This document shows positions 1 through 7,969 of a DNA stretch of 16,525 nucleotides, one piece after another. Positions within the stretch are counted from its first letter, which is position 1, and each line of letters begins with the position of its first letter. Origin of the DNA: Thermotogota bacterium (GTDB lineage Bacteria > Thermotogota > Thermotogae > Petrotogales > Kosmotogaceae); the NCBI GenBank assembly GCA_034660555.1, contig JAYEJL010000007.1, positions 11,247 through 27,771 on the forward strand. The letters are read 5' to 3'. The notes below the pieces were generated by a model. The model did not search any database. It was not told the DNA's origin and saw only the letters and a program-made list of their open reading frames with translations. A program made the translations under genes and the position numbers.

Positions 1-1
1 T

Positions 2-448
2 GAATATGATCCTTCAATAATAAGTTATAAGGAACTTTTGGAGACATTCTGGAATAATCATTCTCCATATTATCAATCGTATAGCAGGCAGTACATGTCA
101 TTGATTCTTTACCATAACGATTTCCAAAAAGAAATAGCTGAACAGTTTATTAAGGAAAAAGAAGATGAAAGCGGAATGAGAGCATATACAGAAATTAGGC
201 CACTTGAGATTTTTTATCTTGCAGAATATTATCATCAGAAGTATTTTTTGAAGCAGGAATGGGATTTTTACCAGATATATAAAGATATCTATGACGATGA
301 AGAAATAGTTGATTCAACTGCTACAGCAAGAGTTAACAGTTACATAAGAGGTAAGGGAAGTTACGATCAGCTAAAACAGGAAATCGATAAACTAGGACTA
401 ACTGAAAAAACAAAAGCCGAATTGATTAGATATTACGAAACGTTCTAA
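2..448 (+). CDS. msrA: Peptide-methionine (S)-S-oxide reductase MsrA, 5'-truncated by the window edge
   Basis: The frame is open from position 2 (EYDPSIISYKELLETFWNNH...). It has MsrA motifs YDP.IISY.ELL..FW..H, RQYMS and TEIRPLEIFYLAEYYHQKY. The ORF-track start at 38 is not the true start. Confidence 0.9.
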   Translation, partial: EYDPSIISYKELLETFWNNHSPYYQSYSRQYMSLILYHNDFQKEIAEQFIKEKEDESGMRAYTEIRPLEIFYLAEYYHQKYFLKQEWDFYQIYKDIYDDEEIVDSTATARVNSYIRGKGSYDQLKQEIDKLGLTEKTKAELIRYYETF

Positions 449-464
449 CCTCCTTTCTTCCAAT

Positions 465-497
465 AAAAGACCGCGCCTTAAAAAGGCGCAGTTTTTC
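465..497. terminator. Bidirectional rho-independent terminator between convergent msrA and the oxidoreductase beta pseudogene
   Basis: Stem GCGCCTT(473-479)-AAA-AAGGCGC(483-489), with an A-run on the left and a T-run on the right. Confidence 0.8.
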
Positions 498-511
498 TTT
501 ATACAACAGAG

Positions 512-1252
512 CTAACTCATTTTTTCAATTTCATGTGTTACATCCGGCATCTCGGTTAATTCAACAAGCTTTGTGCCTTTTTGAAGCACATGATGTAGAT
601 CATGATAGGTTTATCTTTCTTTTTTATAGATTATCCCCATGGGTATTTTTTCACCAAATTCCAGCGATTTTTCAAATGCTATTACTTTATCAGTTACATC
701 GTATGAATTATCGTCTTCAGATACAATCCTTTTAAAATGGTCTTTTGCACCAGACCATGTTCTGGCTACAAAAGGTGCATTAAGTGAAAGAGCCAGTGCA
801 AGAGGATTGAGTGGTTCGTTAATAACGCCCTTTACCTGAGAACTGGTTTTATGCCCCATTTCTGTTGTTGGAGAACCCTGACCCTTGGTGAGACCATAAA
901 TCTGGTTGTTATGAACAAGTATGGTGACATCGAAGTTTCTTCTTATTGCATGAACAAGGTGGTTGCCACCTTCTCCGTACATATCTCCATCACCGGATTC
1001 AGCTATAACTGTAAGATCTGGATGAACTGCCTTGGCTGCAAAGGCAACAGGTAAACTTCTTCCGTGCAAACCATTGAAGAAATTTATGTTCAAGTAATGT
1101 GGCATTTTGGCAGCTTGACCAATTCCAATAACCATTAATGTTTTTTGAGGTTTTAACTTGAGTTCTTTCAATGTTTCTGCAAGGGCAAGTCTAATAGCAA
1201 AATTACCACAACCAGGGCACCATGCAAACTCGGTATCTCTTAGAAATGTCAT
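512..1252 (-). pseudogene. 2-oxoacid:ferredoxin oxidoreductase beta subunit (TPP-binding), disrupted
   Basis: Motifs WCPGCG, GLHGR, GDGD..GEGGNH, NNQIYGLTKGQ.SPT. After the TAA at 611-613 the frame continues TYHDLHHVLQKGTKLVELTEMPDVTHEIEKMS to a TAG at 512-514. The segment with the conserved 'HKGFA.VD.LQPC' motif is missing near 713-718. Confidence 0.8.
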
Positions 1253-2899
1253 AATACATCAACTCCTTTTAACTCTTTTTCAAGCCAGGTAGGAGTTATG
1301 GGACGTCCATCGTATTTTCCAATTCTTGTAAAGGGAATTCTGACTTCACTGCTTAGATATTCTGCAAAAAGCCCTGAATAATTACCTTCCACAACGACAA
1401 GTTCTTTATCCTCAAGGTCATCAAATAGTTCTGTTCTCAGAGGGAACAATTCTGAATAATGAATATAACCAAGGTCATTCTTTTTGGAAACCTCATCAAT
1501 TACGCCCCAGGAATCGCCCCAGCCTATGATAATCTTTTTTGCTTTAAGATTATGTGTAACGGGTTTATCCATTTCCTCATTGAGTTCTTCAGTCTTTATG
1601 TTTCTCTTTTCAACCATTTTCTTTCTTATGTCTATGTCTTCAGTTATGAAACCGTATTCATCGTGTTCGTCGCTGTCCACCCTTACGAGGCCTTTACCAC
1701 CTGGGATCGCTCTTGGTGAGACACCATTTTCTGTTAATTCGAAACGCTTGTAATCTTCATAAGAATCTACTATAAATCGTTTATTATATTCTTCTACTAC
1801 TTCAGGTTTCTGACAAATGAAATATGAATCAGTTAGTTGTTGTAAGAGTAATACAACAGACGGAATCTGATATTTATCAGATAGATAAAAAGCCTTCCTG
1901 ATATATTCAAAGGCTTCTTTTGGTGTGCGTGGGGCAACAATATATCGTGAAAACTCTCCGTGTCCTGCTTTTATGGTGAAAAATAGATCTTCCTGTCCTG
2001 TTCGCGTAGGCATTCCAGTAGCGGGAGCGGGTCTTTGTGAATCAACGACAACCACAGGTGTTTCTGTCATACCTGCAAGACTGAATCCTTCTTGCATCAG
2101 CGCAAATCCACCACCATAAGTAGTGGCCATGGCCCTTGTGCCCGCATAAGAAACTCCGATAGCCATATTTATCGCAGCGATTTCGTCCTCAGCCTGTTCA
2201 ACCACTATTGAATATTTGTCTGCGCGGTTTGTAAGATAAAGCATTACACCTGTACCCGGAGTCATAGGATATGTTGAGAGAAATTTGCATCCCGCACTTA
2301 TCGCCCCCAAACCTGCTTCATCTGTTCCTGTTAATATAATGGTATCTTTCTCACGATTCTTATCTATTTGAGGTTTTTCAAGTTCATTGTTAAGTTCATA
2401 ACCATATCTTAGAGCTTCATTATTTGCCTTCAATACCTTTTCTTTATCTCCAAATGTTTTCTTTAAAAGTTCCTTTGGGATTTCTATAGGGACATCGAAT
2501 AGGTTCAATATCATACCAGCAATAACAACGTTCATTGTTTTTTGTTTCCAGCTTCTTCAGCTAGTTTATTGAAAGGAAAGAATTGAGCTTCTAATCAAGG
2601 CCATCTTTGCTTTTTTCATTGGCGAGAATAACAGTAGAATCCTTTACTAAAGCTTTTATTGTGTTTGTCGTCTCTGATTTCAATGAAACTATCAAATCAG
2701 GCTCTTCTTTTTTACAATTTACGGGGTTATCAGATACTCTTATTCTGTAAATTTATTCACCACCGCGAATCCTAGAATGGTAACTTTTGTCTGTGAAAAT
2801 GTAACAACCGGCCTTGAATAACGATTTTGCAATCAAATTACCAGCAGTTTGCAATCCCTGACCTGCTTCACCAGAGAGTGCAATGTTGAACTCTTTCAC
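1249..2899 (-). pseudogene. 2-oxoacid:ferredoxin oxidoreductase alpha subunit (gamma-alpha fused type), disrupted
   Basis: RBS GGAGGAG (2905-2911) and GTG at 2899 give MKEFNIALSGEAGQGLQTAG...YHSRIRGGE. There is an in-frame TAA at 2753-2755 and single-base-loss frameshifts near 2592-2597 and 2538-2543. The 428-aa ORF 1249..2535 is the C-terminal remainder (YPMTP, EQAEDEIAA, QRPAPATGMPT, DSDEHDE). Its stop overlaps the beta start (ATGA). Confidence 0.88.
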
Positions 2900-2923
2900 A
2901 TTATCTCCTCCTGTAATACAATG

Positions 2924-2951
2924 AAAAAAGGCGGTATAAAACCGCCTTTTT
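2924..2951 (-). terminator. Rho-independent terminator downstream of rubredoxin
   Basis: Perfect inverted repeat AAAAAGGCGGT(2925-2935)-ATAAA-ACCGCCTTTTT(2941-2951). On the minus strand it ends in a U6 tract. Confidence 0.8.
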
Positions 2952-2965
2952 AACTCTGTAATTCA

Positions 2966-3124
2966 TTAAATAGGTTCAAATTCATCCTGGCTCGCACCAC
3001 AAAGTGGACAAACCCAATCTTCAGGAAGATCATTAAAAGCAGTACCGGGTTCTACACCGTTGTCCGGGTCTCCCAATTCTGGGTCATAGATATACCCGCA
3101 TACAATGCATCTGTACTTTTGCAT
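2966..3124 (-). CDS. rd: Rubredoxin (52 aa; not in the ORF track)
   Basis: Manual translation: [52 protein letters not shown]. Two CxxCG knuckles. RBS GAGGTG overlaps the SOR stop codon. Confidence 0.97.
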   Translation of the reverse strand: MQKYRCIVCGYIYDPELGDPDNGVEPGTAFNDLPEDWVCPLCGASQDEFEPI

Positions 3125-3133
3125 AATTTCACC

Positions 3134-3490
3134 TCATTTGACTGAATATTTTTTTGAACCTTCCCATAGCCCATGGATATTACAGTAAATAACTGCAATA
3201 AGTGTACCAGGTTTTTCAAGTTTAATCTGTATTTTTCCCTTAGGATCTGAAAGAACCGGGGTAAATTCAAAATGCGTAAGGTGTACCAACAAATTGCTGT
3301 CATCATACTTTACATAAAGGTCTGCCCATTTAATATGATGTTCAAGGGTGTTAGGATGAGGTATTTCTTTACCTACACTAACCTCAACCTCAAATGGGTT
3401 ACCTGCTTCAACCGTATCAGGAGCATCAATAACAGGAACATGTTTTTCAGATTTCCAATCAGCGCTCTGAATGTAATCACCAATTTTCAT
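3134..3490 (-). CDS. sor: Superoxide reductase, 1Fe (neelaredoxin-type; desulfoferrodoxin ferrous-iron-binding domain)
   Basis: Iron-ligand motifs EKHVP, HPNTLEHHI and CNIHGLW. No N-terminal desulforedoxin domain. RBS AAGGAGG upstream. Confidence 0.93.
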   Translation of the reverse strand: MKIGDYIQSADWKSEKHVPVIDAPDTVEAGNPFEVEVSVGKEIPHPNTLEHHIKWADLYVKYDDSNLLVHLTHFEFTPVLSDPKGKIQIKLEKPGTLIAVIYCNIHGLWEGSKKYSVK

Positions 3491-3553
3491 ACAAAAACCT
3501 CCTTTAAATTATCATTTAAGAAAACAAGACAAATTTAGTCGGTCTCATGAATA

Positions 3554-3562
3554 ATTATATCA
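3554..3562 (-). promoter_or_regulatory. Putative extended -10 promoter element (TGATATAAT) for sor-rd
   Basis: Exact TGnTATAAT on the minus strand about 65 nt upstream of the sor start. Confidence 0.5.
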
Positions 3563-3703
3563 TAAGTTACGAATAACAAAATTTAAAACAACTATTTTGA
3601 ATTGTTACATATTAATAAGGATCAAGAATATTCAGACATACATGGCTTACAAAAAAATTCTACACCATGGACCATTGTATTTGTCTATTCCGTAAGTGTA
3701 TTT

Positions 3704-3721
3704 TTGTTAATTCTTTCATAA
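3704..3721. promoter_or_regulatory. Possible Rex-like operator
   Basis: TTGTTAA-TTCT-TTCATAA versus the Rex consensus TTGTGAA-N4-TTCACAA. It lies in the divergent sor/MFS intergenic region; the AT-rich background weakens the match. Confidence 0.3.
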
Positions 3722-3804
3722 GAAAAACTTCAAAAGCAGTAGTGGTCATCAGTAATTAGACATGCTAAAATAAAGTAAGCTTTGCTAATCAACGGAGGAT
3801 CTGT

Positions 3805-4989
3805 ATGAACAAAGATGTAAGATATCTTCTTTCATATACCGCAATTACGGGCACCACGGTAGCGATGTTCCGTGTGCTTTTTAATCTGTTTTTGAGAGAC
3901 GCTGGATATTCAAATAGCGTAATTGGTTCTACACAATCTGCCGCGCTTTGGGGAACAGCTATAATAGGTCTTTTAATGGGTATCATGGCAGATGCTATGG
4001 GTAGAAAACGGATGATGATCTACACAACTGTTTTAATGCCCGTTGTAGCAATTATGATGACGTTCAATGTAAGTGTTCCTGTATTGCTCACATTATCTTT
4101 TTTCAGAGGCGGTTTTACTGCAGCGAGATTTACTATTGTTTTAGCTGCTTTTACTACTAGTACCGATTCAAAATCAAGAGCTAAGGCTTTCGGTGCGAAT
4201 TTTGGGCTTATGATGGGGAGCGGTGTTTTTGGTAATTTCATAGGGGGGTTGCTTGGCGATATTATTGGTTTGCGAATAACCCTTATACTTTCTATGATTG
4301 TTACCTTTGCAGCACTTCTTCCGTTATTCAAACTGGAACCGGATAAGATTAAAACTGAAAGAGTTAATCCATTTGACTTCTCCGGTTTTGACAAACAGCA
4401 GAAAAAAATAATGGTTTTGTTCTTCATATCCACTGCGACAGTTGGATTCGGAGCTGGATTATTCATACACTTTGGGAATCTAATTTTTAAAGATCTTTTT
4501 GGTATGACACCTACAGGTATAGGTATTGCACTTTCAATAGCGCAATTGGGTACAGCATTAGGTTCAACCTTCTCCCACAAGTTTGGAAAAACCTTTGGTC
4601 CGTTGAAATTTGTGCTCACCATGCAAATTTTAGTGGTCCCGTTAATTTTATCTTTTGCTTTTATTAGGGATCCCTATGCCTTTACGGTGGTTTATGCTCT
4701 TAGGTTTGTATTTATGAATACTACTGTGCCTATAATGAACTCAGTTGTATTTTCACATCTCCCCTCTGATAAACTTTCAACAATATCTGGTATGAATGGT
4801 TTCCTGAATAATTCTGTAAGAGCTGTTGCTGCCCTGCTTTTTGGCCTAATTGTTGGGGCCTCAATTTCTGGTTATACGACATTGTTTATTTTAAGTACGG
4901 TATTTTACGCTGCAAGTGCTTTTATAGCTTTCCTTATTTATAAAAGCTACGAAAATCTCGAGACTACCAAAAATCTGTTTGATAGATAA
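3805..4989 (+). CDS. MFS transporter, substrate unknown
   Basis: 394 aa, about 12 hydrophobic segments in two halves, motif A-like GIMADAMGRKRMM. RBS GGAGG upstream. Confidence 0.88.
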   Translation: MNKDVRYLLSYTAITGTTVAMFRVLFNLFLRDAGYSNSVIGSTQSAALWGTAIIGLLMGIMADAMGRKRMMIYTTVLMPVVAIMMTFNVSVPVLLTLSFFRGGFTAARFTIVLAAFTTSTDSKSRAKAFGANFGLMMGSGVFGNFIGGLLGDIIGLRITLILSMIVTFAALLPLFKLEPDKIKTERVNPFDFSGFDKQQKKIMVLFFISTATVGFGAGLFIHFGNLIFKDLFGMTPTGIGIALSIAQLGTALGSTFSHKFGKTFGPLKFVLTMQILVVPLILSFAFIRDPYAFTVVYALRFVFMNTTVPIMNSVVFSHLPSDKLSTISGMNGFLNNSVRAVAALLFGLIVGASISGYTTLFILSTVFYAASAFIAFLIYKSYENLETTKNLFDR

Positions 4990-5187
4990 ACCATTTTCAT
5001 AATGTTTACTCATGTCATGTTTGGTATAAAGGGCTTATAATAGCACTTCTATTAGCAATCAAGCTGTCAAAAGAGATAAAACATAATGAGTTCTCGCAGT
5101 TTCTTTTATTTGATTTTAAATGAAGTTTTCAACGTATGATTAAGGTGTTATAGTTATTTTGTTGACAAACTTGAGGGGGGGATATTC

Positions 5188-6855
5188 ATGGCAACAAGGT
5201 CGAGCTTCAACACTTCTGAGATCTCAAAGGATAACAAAATATTTTCTCGTTTTAGAGTGACAATAGAAACGGCATTTTATAGAAATAATGTGGTAAATGT
5301 AAATTCAAGGCGTGAAGCTTACAAACTTGCAAAGGAATCTCCGGGAACCATAGTCACGCAAAATGAAGTATACGAACCAGAGAGACTCGGTCTTGATCCA
5401 CATACCAAGATATTGTTGTTCAATGATGGCGCAGTATATGGTCGTTATGCAGGTGCACGAAAAATAGTGGGTGAATCCGGATTGGATCTTGATGACCTTG
5501 CTACAAAAATCAGAGAAGCCATATACAAATCAAGATATAAAAAGATGTACCATGCCCAGGCATTTGTTGGTTTACATGAAGATTACATGGTTAGGGCACA
5601 TCTTTTAATTCCTGAAAATCATGAAAACCTCCTTTACAATTGGTTGCTTAATTTCCAGTCTCTTGAAAGCTATTATGTCGATATGTATCAAAGTTCCAGG
5701 GAAATACCCGATGAAGGCGATATTTTCGTTTACACAGACCCAGATTGGGAACATCCAGATCATCCATATGGTTTAACGTTTTTCGATTCCGATCATAATG
5801 TGGCAGCTATTTTAGGTATGAGATATTTTGGAGAATTCAAAAAGGGAACCCTGACACTTGCCTGGAGTTGTGCAAGCAGGAACGGTTATGTAGCCTGTCA
5901 TGGTGGACAAAAACGTTACAACCTTGAGGGTGACAGAAGTTTTGTTATGGGCGTTTTTGGTTTGTCCGGATCGGGCAAATCAACTCTTACACACGCAAAA
6001 CATAAGAATAAGTACGATGTCACCATCCTCCACGATGACGCTTTTATAATTTCACTGGAAGATGGTTCATCAGTGGCGCTCGAACCAGCATATTTTGATA
6101 AAACAGCAGATTATCCACCCTCTTCTCCAGACAATAAGTATCTGCTAACACTTCAAAATGTAGGAGCAACGATAGATGACAACGGTGATCTGGTTCCAGT
6201 AACAGAGGATATTCGAAATGGAAATGGGAGAGCAATCAAATCCATGCTCTGGTCTCCAAATAGAGTTAACAAGTTCGAAGAATCTGTAAATGCTGTTGCA
6301 TGGCTGATGAAAGACCCTGTCTTACCACCAGTTTTGAAGATATCAAATCCATGTCTTGCTTCAGCACTGGGAGCAACACTGGCCACAAAAAGAACATCTG
6401 CTGAGAGACTTGCTCCTGGTACAGATGCAGATGCACTTGTTTTTGAACCTTACGCCAATCCTTTTAGAACTTATCCATTAAAATATGATTTCATTGGGTT
6501 CAAGGATCTTTTTGAAAAGCACAGTGTTTCCTGCTATGTATTGAACACAGGATACTTTATGGGCAAAAAAATTAAAAAGGAAACAACACTCTCAATATTG
6601 GAGAAAATTATTGAAGGTGCTGATGGATTTAAAAATTGGGGTGGTTTCTCCGATATAGATATACTTGAAGTGGAAGGATTTGCTCCGGATCTCGAAGACG
6701 AAGAATACCTGAGGTTCCTGTCAAAGCAATTGAAGACGCGACTTGATTATATTCTGACGCTTGAAAGAACCAAAGAAGGGTATAACAAACTCCCTGATGA
6801 AGCCTATGAATCTATAGAAAAATTTTATAATGAGGTACAGAAGAAAATAAAGTGA
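5188..6855 (+). CDS. pckA: Phosphoenolpyruvate carboxykinase (ATP)-family protein, divergent subtype
   Basis: GMRYFGEFKKG, ACHGG, P-loop GLSGSGKSTL, ILHDD metal-binding motif, NPFR and YVLNTG. G-rich RBS upstream. Confidence 0.82.
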   Translation: MATRSSFNTSEISKDNKIFSRFRVTIETAFYRNNVVNVNSRREAYKLAKESPGTIVTQNEVYEPERLGLDPHTKILLFNDGAVYGRYAGARKIVGESGLDLDDLATKIREAIYKSRYKKMYHAQAFVGLHEDYMVRAHLLIPENHENLLYNWLLNFQSLESYYVDMYQSSREIPDEGDIFVYTDPDWEHPDHPYGLTFFDSDHNVAAILGMRYFGEFKKGTLTLAWSCASRNGYVACHGGQKRYNLEGDRSFVMGVFGLSGSGKSTLTHAKHKNKYDVTILHDDAFIISLEDGSSVALEPAYFDKTADYPPSSPDNKYLLTLQNVGATIDDNGDLVPVTEDIRNGNGRAIKSMLWSPNRVNKFEESVNAVAWLMKDPVLPPVLKISNPCLASALGATLATKRTSAERLAPGTDADALVFEPYANPFRTYPLKYDFIGFKDLFEKHSVSCYVLNTGYFMGKKIKKETTLSILEKIIEGADGFKNWGGFSDIDILEVEGFAPDLEDEEYLRFLSKQLKTRLDYILTLERTKEGYNKLPDEAYESIEKFYNEVQKKIK

Positions 6856-6918
6856 AAATGATCTAGTGTATCGATTACGGGATTTCTAGCAATATTAATC
6901 TCTGACGTGGGTGATTAA

Positions 6919-7875
6919 TTGATACTAAACCTTGTGCTTCTAAGTCTAGGTTTCTTAATGCTCATCAAGGGCGCCGATTGGCTCGTGGAAGGTGCCGGAA
7001 ATCTCGCCAGAAGTTTTGGTGTCTCGCCTTTGTTTATTGGATTGACAGTTGTCGCTTTTGGCACAAGCGCTCCTGAGCTCGCTGTTAGTCTTTCGGCTTC
7101 TTTCAATGGTTTGGGTGAAATAGCCCTTTCCAATGTTGTGGGTAGTAATATTGCTAATGTTGGACTTATTGTAGGAGTGTCTGCAATAATACTTCCCCTT
7201 TGTGTCGAATCATCAACGGTTAGAAAGGAAATACCTTTTGCAATAATTATAAGTGCAGCAGTATTCACAATGATTGCATTTCGGGAAAATCCCGTTTTGG
7301 GCATTCGTGAAGGAATAATTCTTCTTTTATTTTTTGTGGTTTTCTTTGAATATCTTTTCTCAATGGCTAAAGGTCAGCAGGAACTACTAAAAAGTAAAGA
7401 AAAAAATCAATTTGCTAAAGATTCAAGAATGGAAAAAAATCTGTTTTTGACTGTACTAGGTCTTGTGATAGTTGTTATAGGCGGAAAACTTGTGGTAGAT
7501 TCTGCCAGTTTTATTGCGACTTTCCTTGGTATGTCAGATGCCATGATAGGTTTGACGATAGTTGCGATTGGGACATCCTTACCTGAACTGGTTACCTCGG
7601 TAACTGCTTCGTTGAAAAAAGAAATGGGAATTGCTATAGGAAATATCGTCGGTTCAAATATATTCAATTTATTGCTTGTTTTAGGACTTACATCCTTGGT
7701 GAATCCAGTTAATGTAACGATAAATACTTACTGGATTGATCTTTTTGTTATGCTGATATTCACGGGTATACTTATGATTTTTTCTACAACAAGAATGAAG
7801 ATAAGCAGAATAGAAGGCTTGTTGTTACTTTCGGGTTATTTAATATATATTGTATTTACAATAATTAGAGGCTAA
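6919..7875 (+). CDS. Calcium/sodium antiporter (CaCA family, YrbG-like)
   Basis: Two alpha repeats, GTSAPEL...SNVVGSNIAN and GTSLPEL...GNIVGSNIFN; about 10 TM segments; TTG start. Confidence 0.92.
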   Translation: MILNLVLLSLGFLMLIKGADWLVEGAGNLARSFGVSPLFIGLTVVAFGTSAPELAVSLSASFNGLGEIALSNVVGSNIANVGLIVGVSAIILPLCVESSTVRKEIPFAIIISAAVFTMIAFRENPVLGIREGIILLLFFVVFFEYLFSMAKGQQELLKSKEKNQFAKDSRMEKNLFLTVLGLVIVVIGGKLVVDSASFIATFLGMSDAMIGLTIVAIGTSLPELVTSVTASLKKEMGIAIGNIVGSNIFNLLLVLGLTSLVNPVNVTINTYWIDLFVMLIFTGILMIFSTTRMKISRIEGLLLLSGYLIYIVFTIIRG

Positions 7876-7969
7876 ACGCTGTTCAAAAAAATTAGTGTAT
7901 TTGTTTTTTTGATGTGAAGTACAAATGAGAATGTAATGGGGTTATTTAATAACTACGGGAAGTGATGGG

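Noticed and set aside
535..2119. Plus-strand ORFs of 64-89 aa (535, 639, 851, 1459, 1484, 1925)
   Set aside because: They are antisense shadows of the oxidoreductase genes, with no recognisable motifs.
3052..3538. ORFs 3052..3306 (-) and 3272..3538 (+)
   Set aside because: They are alternate-frame or antisense overlaps of the well-supported sor and rubredoxin genes.
3620..3720. Tiny ORFs in the sor/MFS intergenic region (MAYKKILHHGPLYLSIP on +; a CKPC-containing fragment on -)
   Set aside because: Very short, no convincing RBS and no recognisable homology; expected by chance.
4020..4622. 200-aa minus-strand ORF
   Set aside because: Antisense to the MFS gene; long stop-free antisense frames are common opposite hydrophobic membrane-protein genes.
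6915..7667. Minus-strand ORFs of 129 and 86 aa
   Set aside because: Antisense shadows of the CaCA antiporter.
7884..7911. A7...T7 inverted repeat after the antiporter
   Set aside because: No GC stem; too weak to call a terminator.
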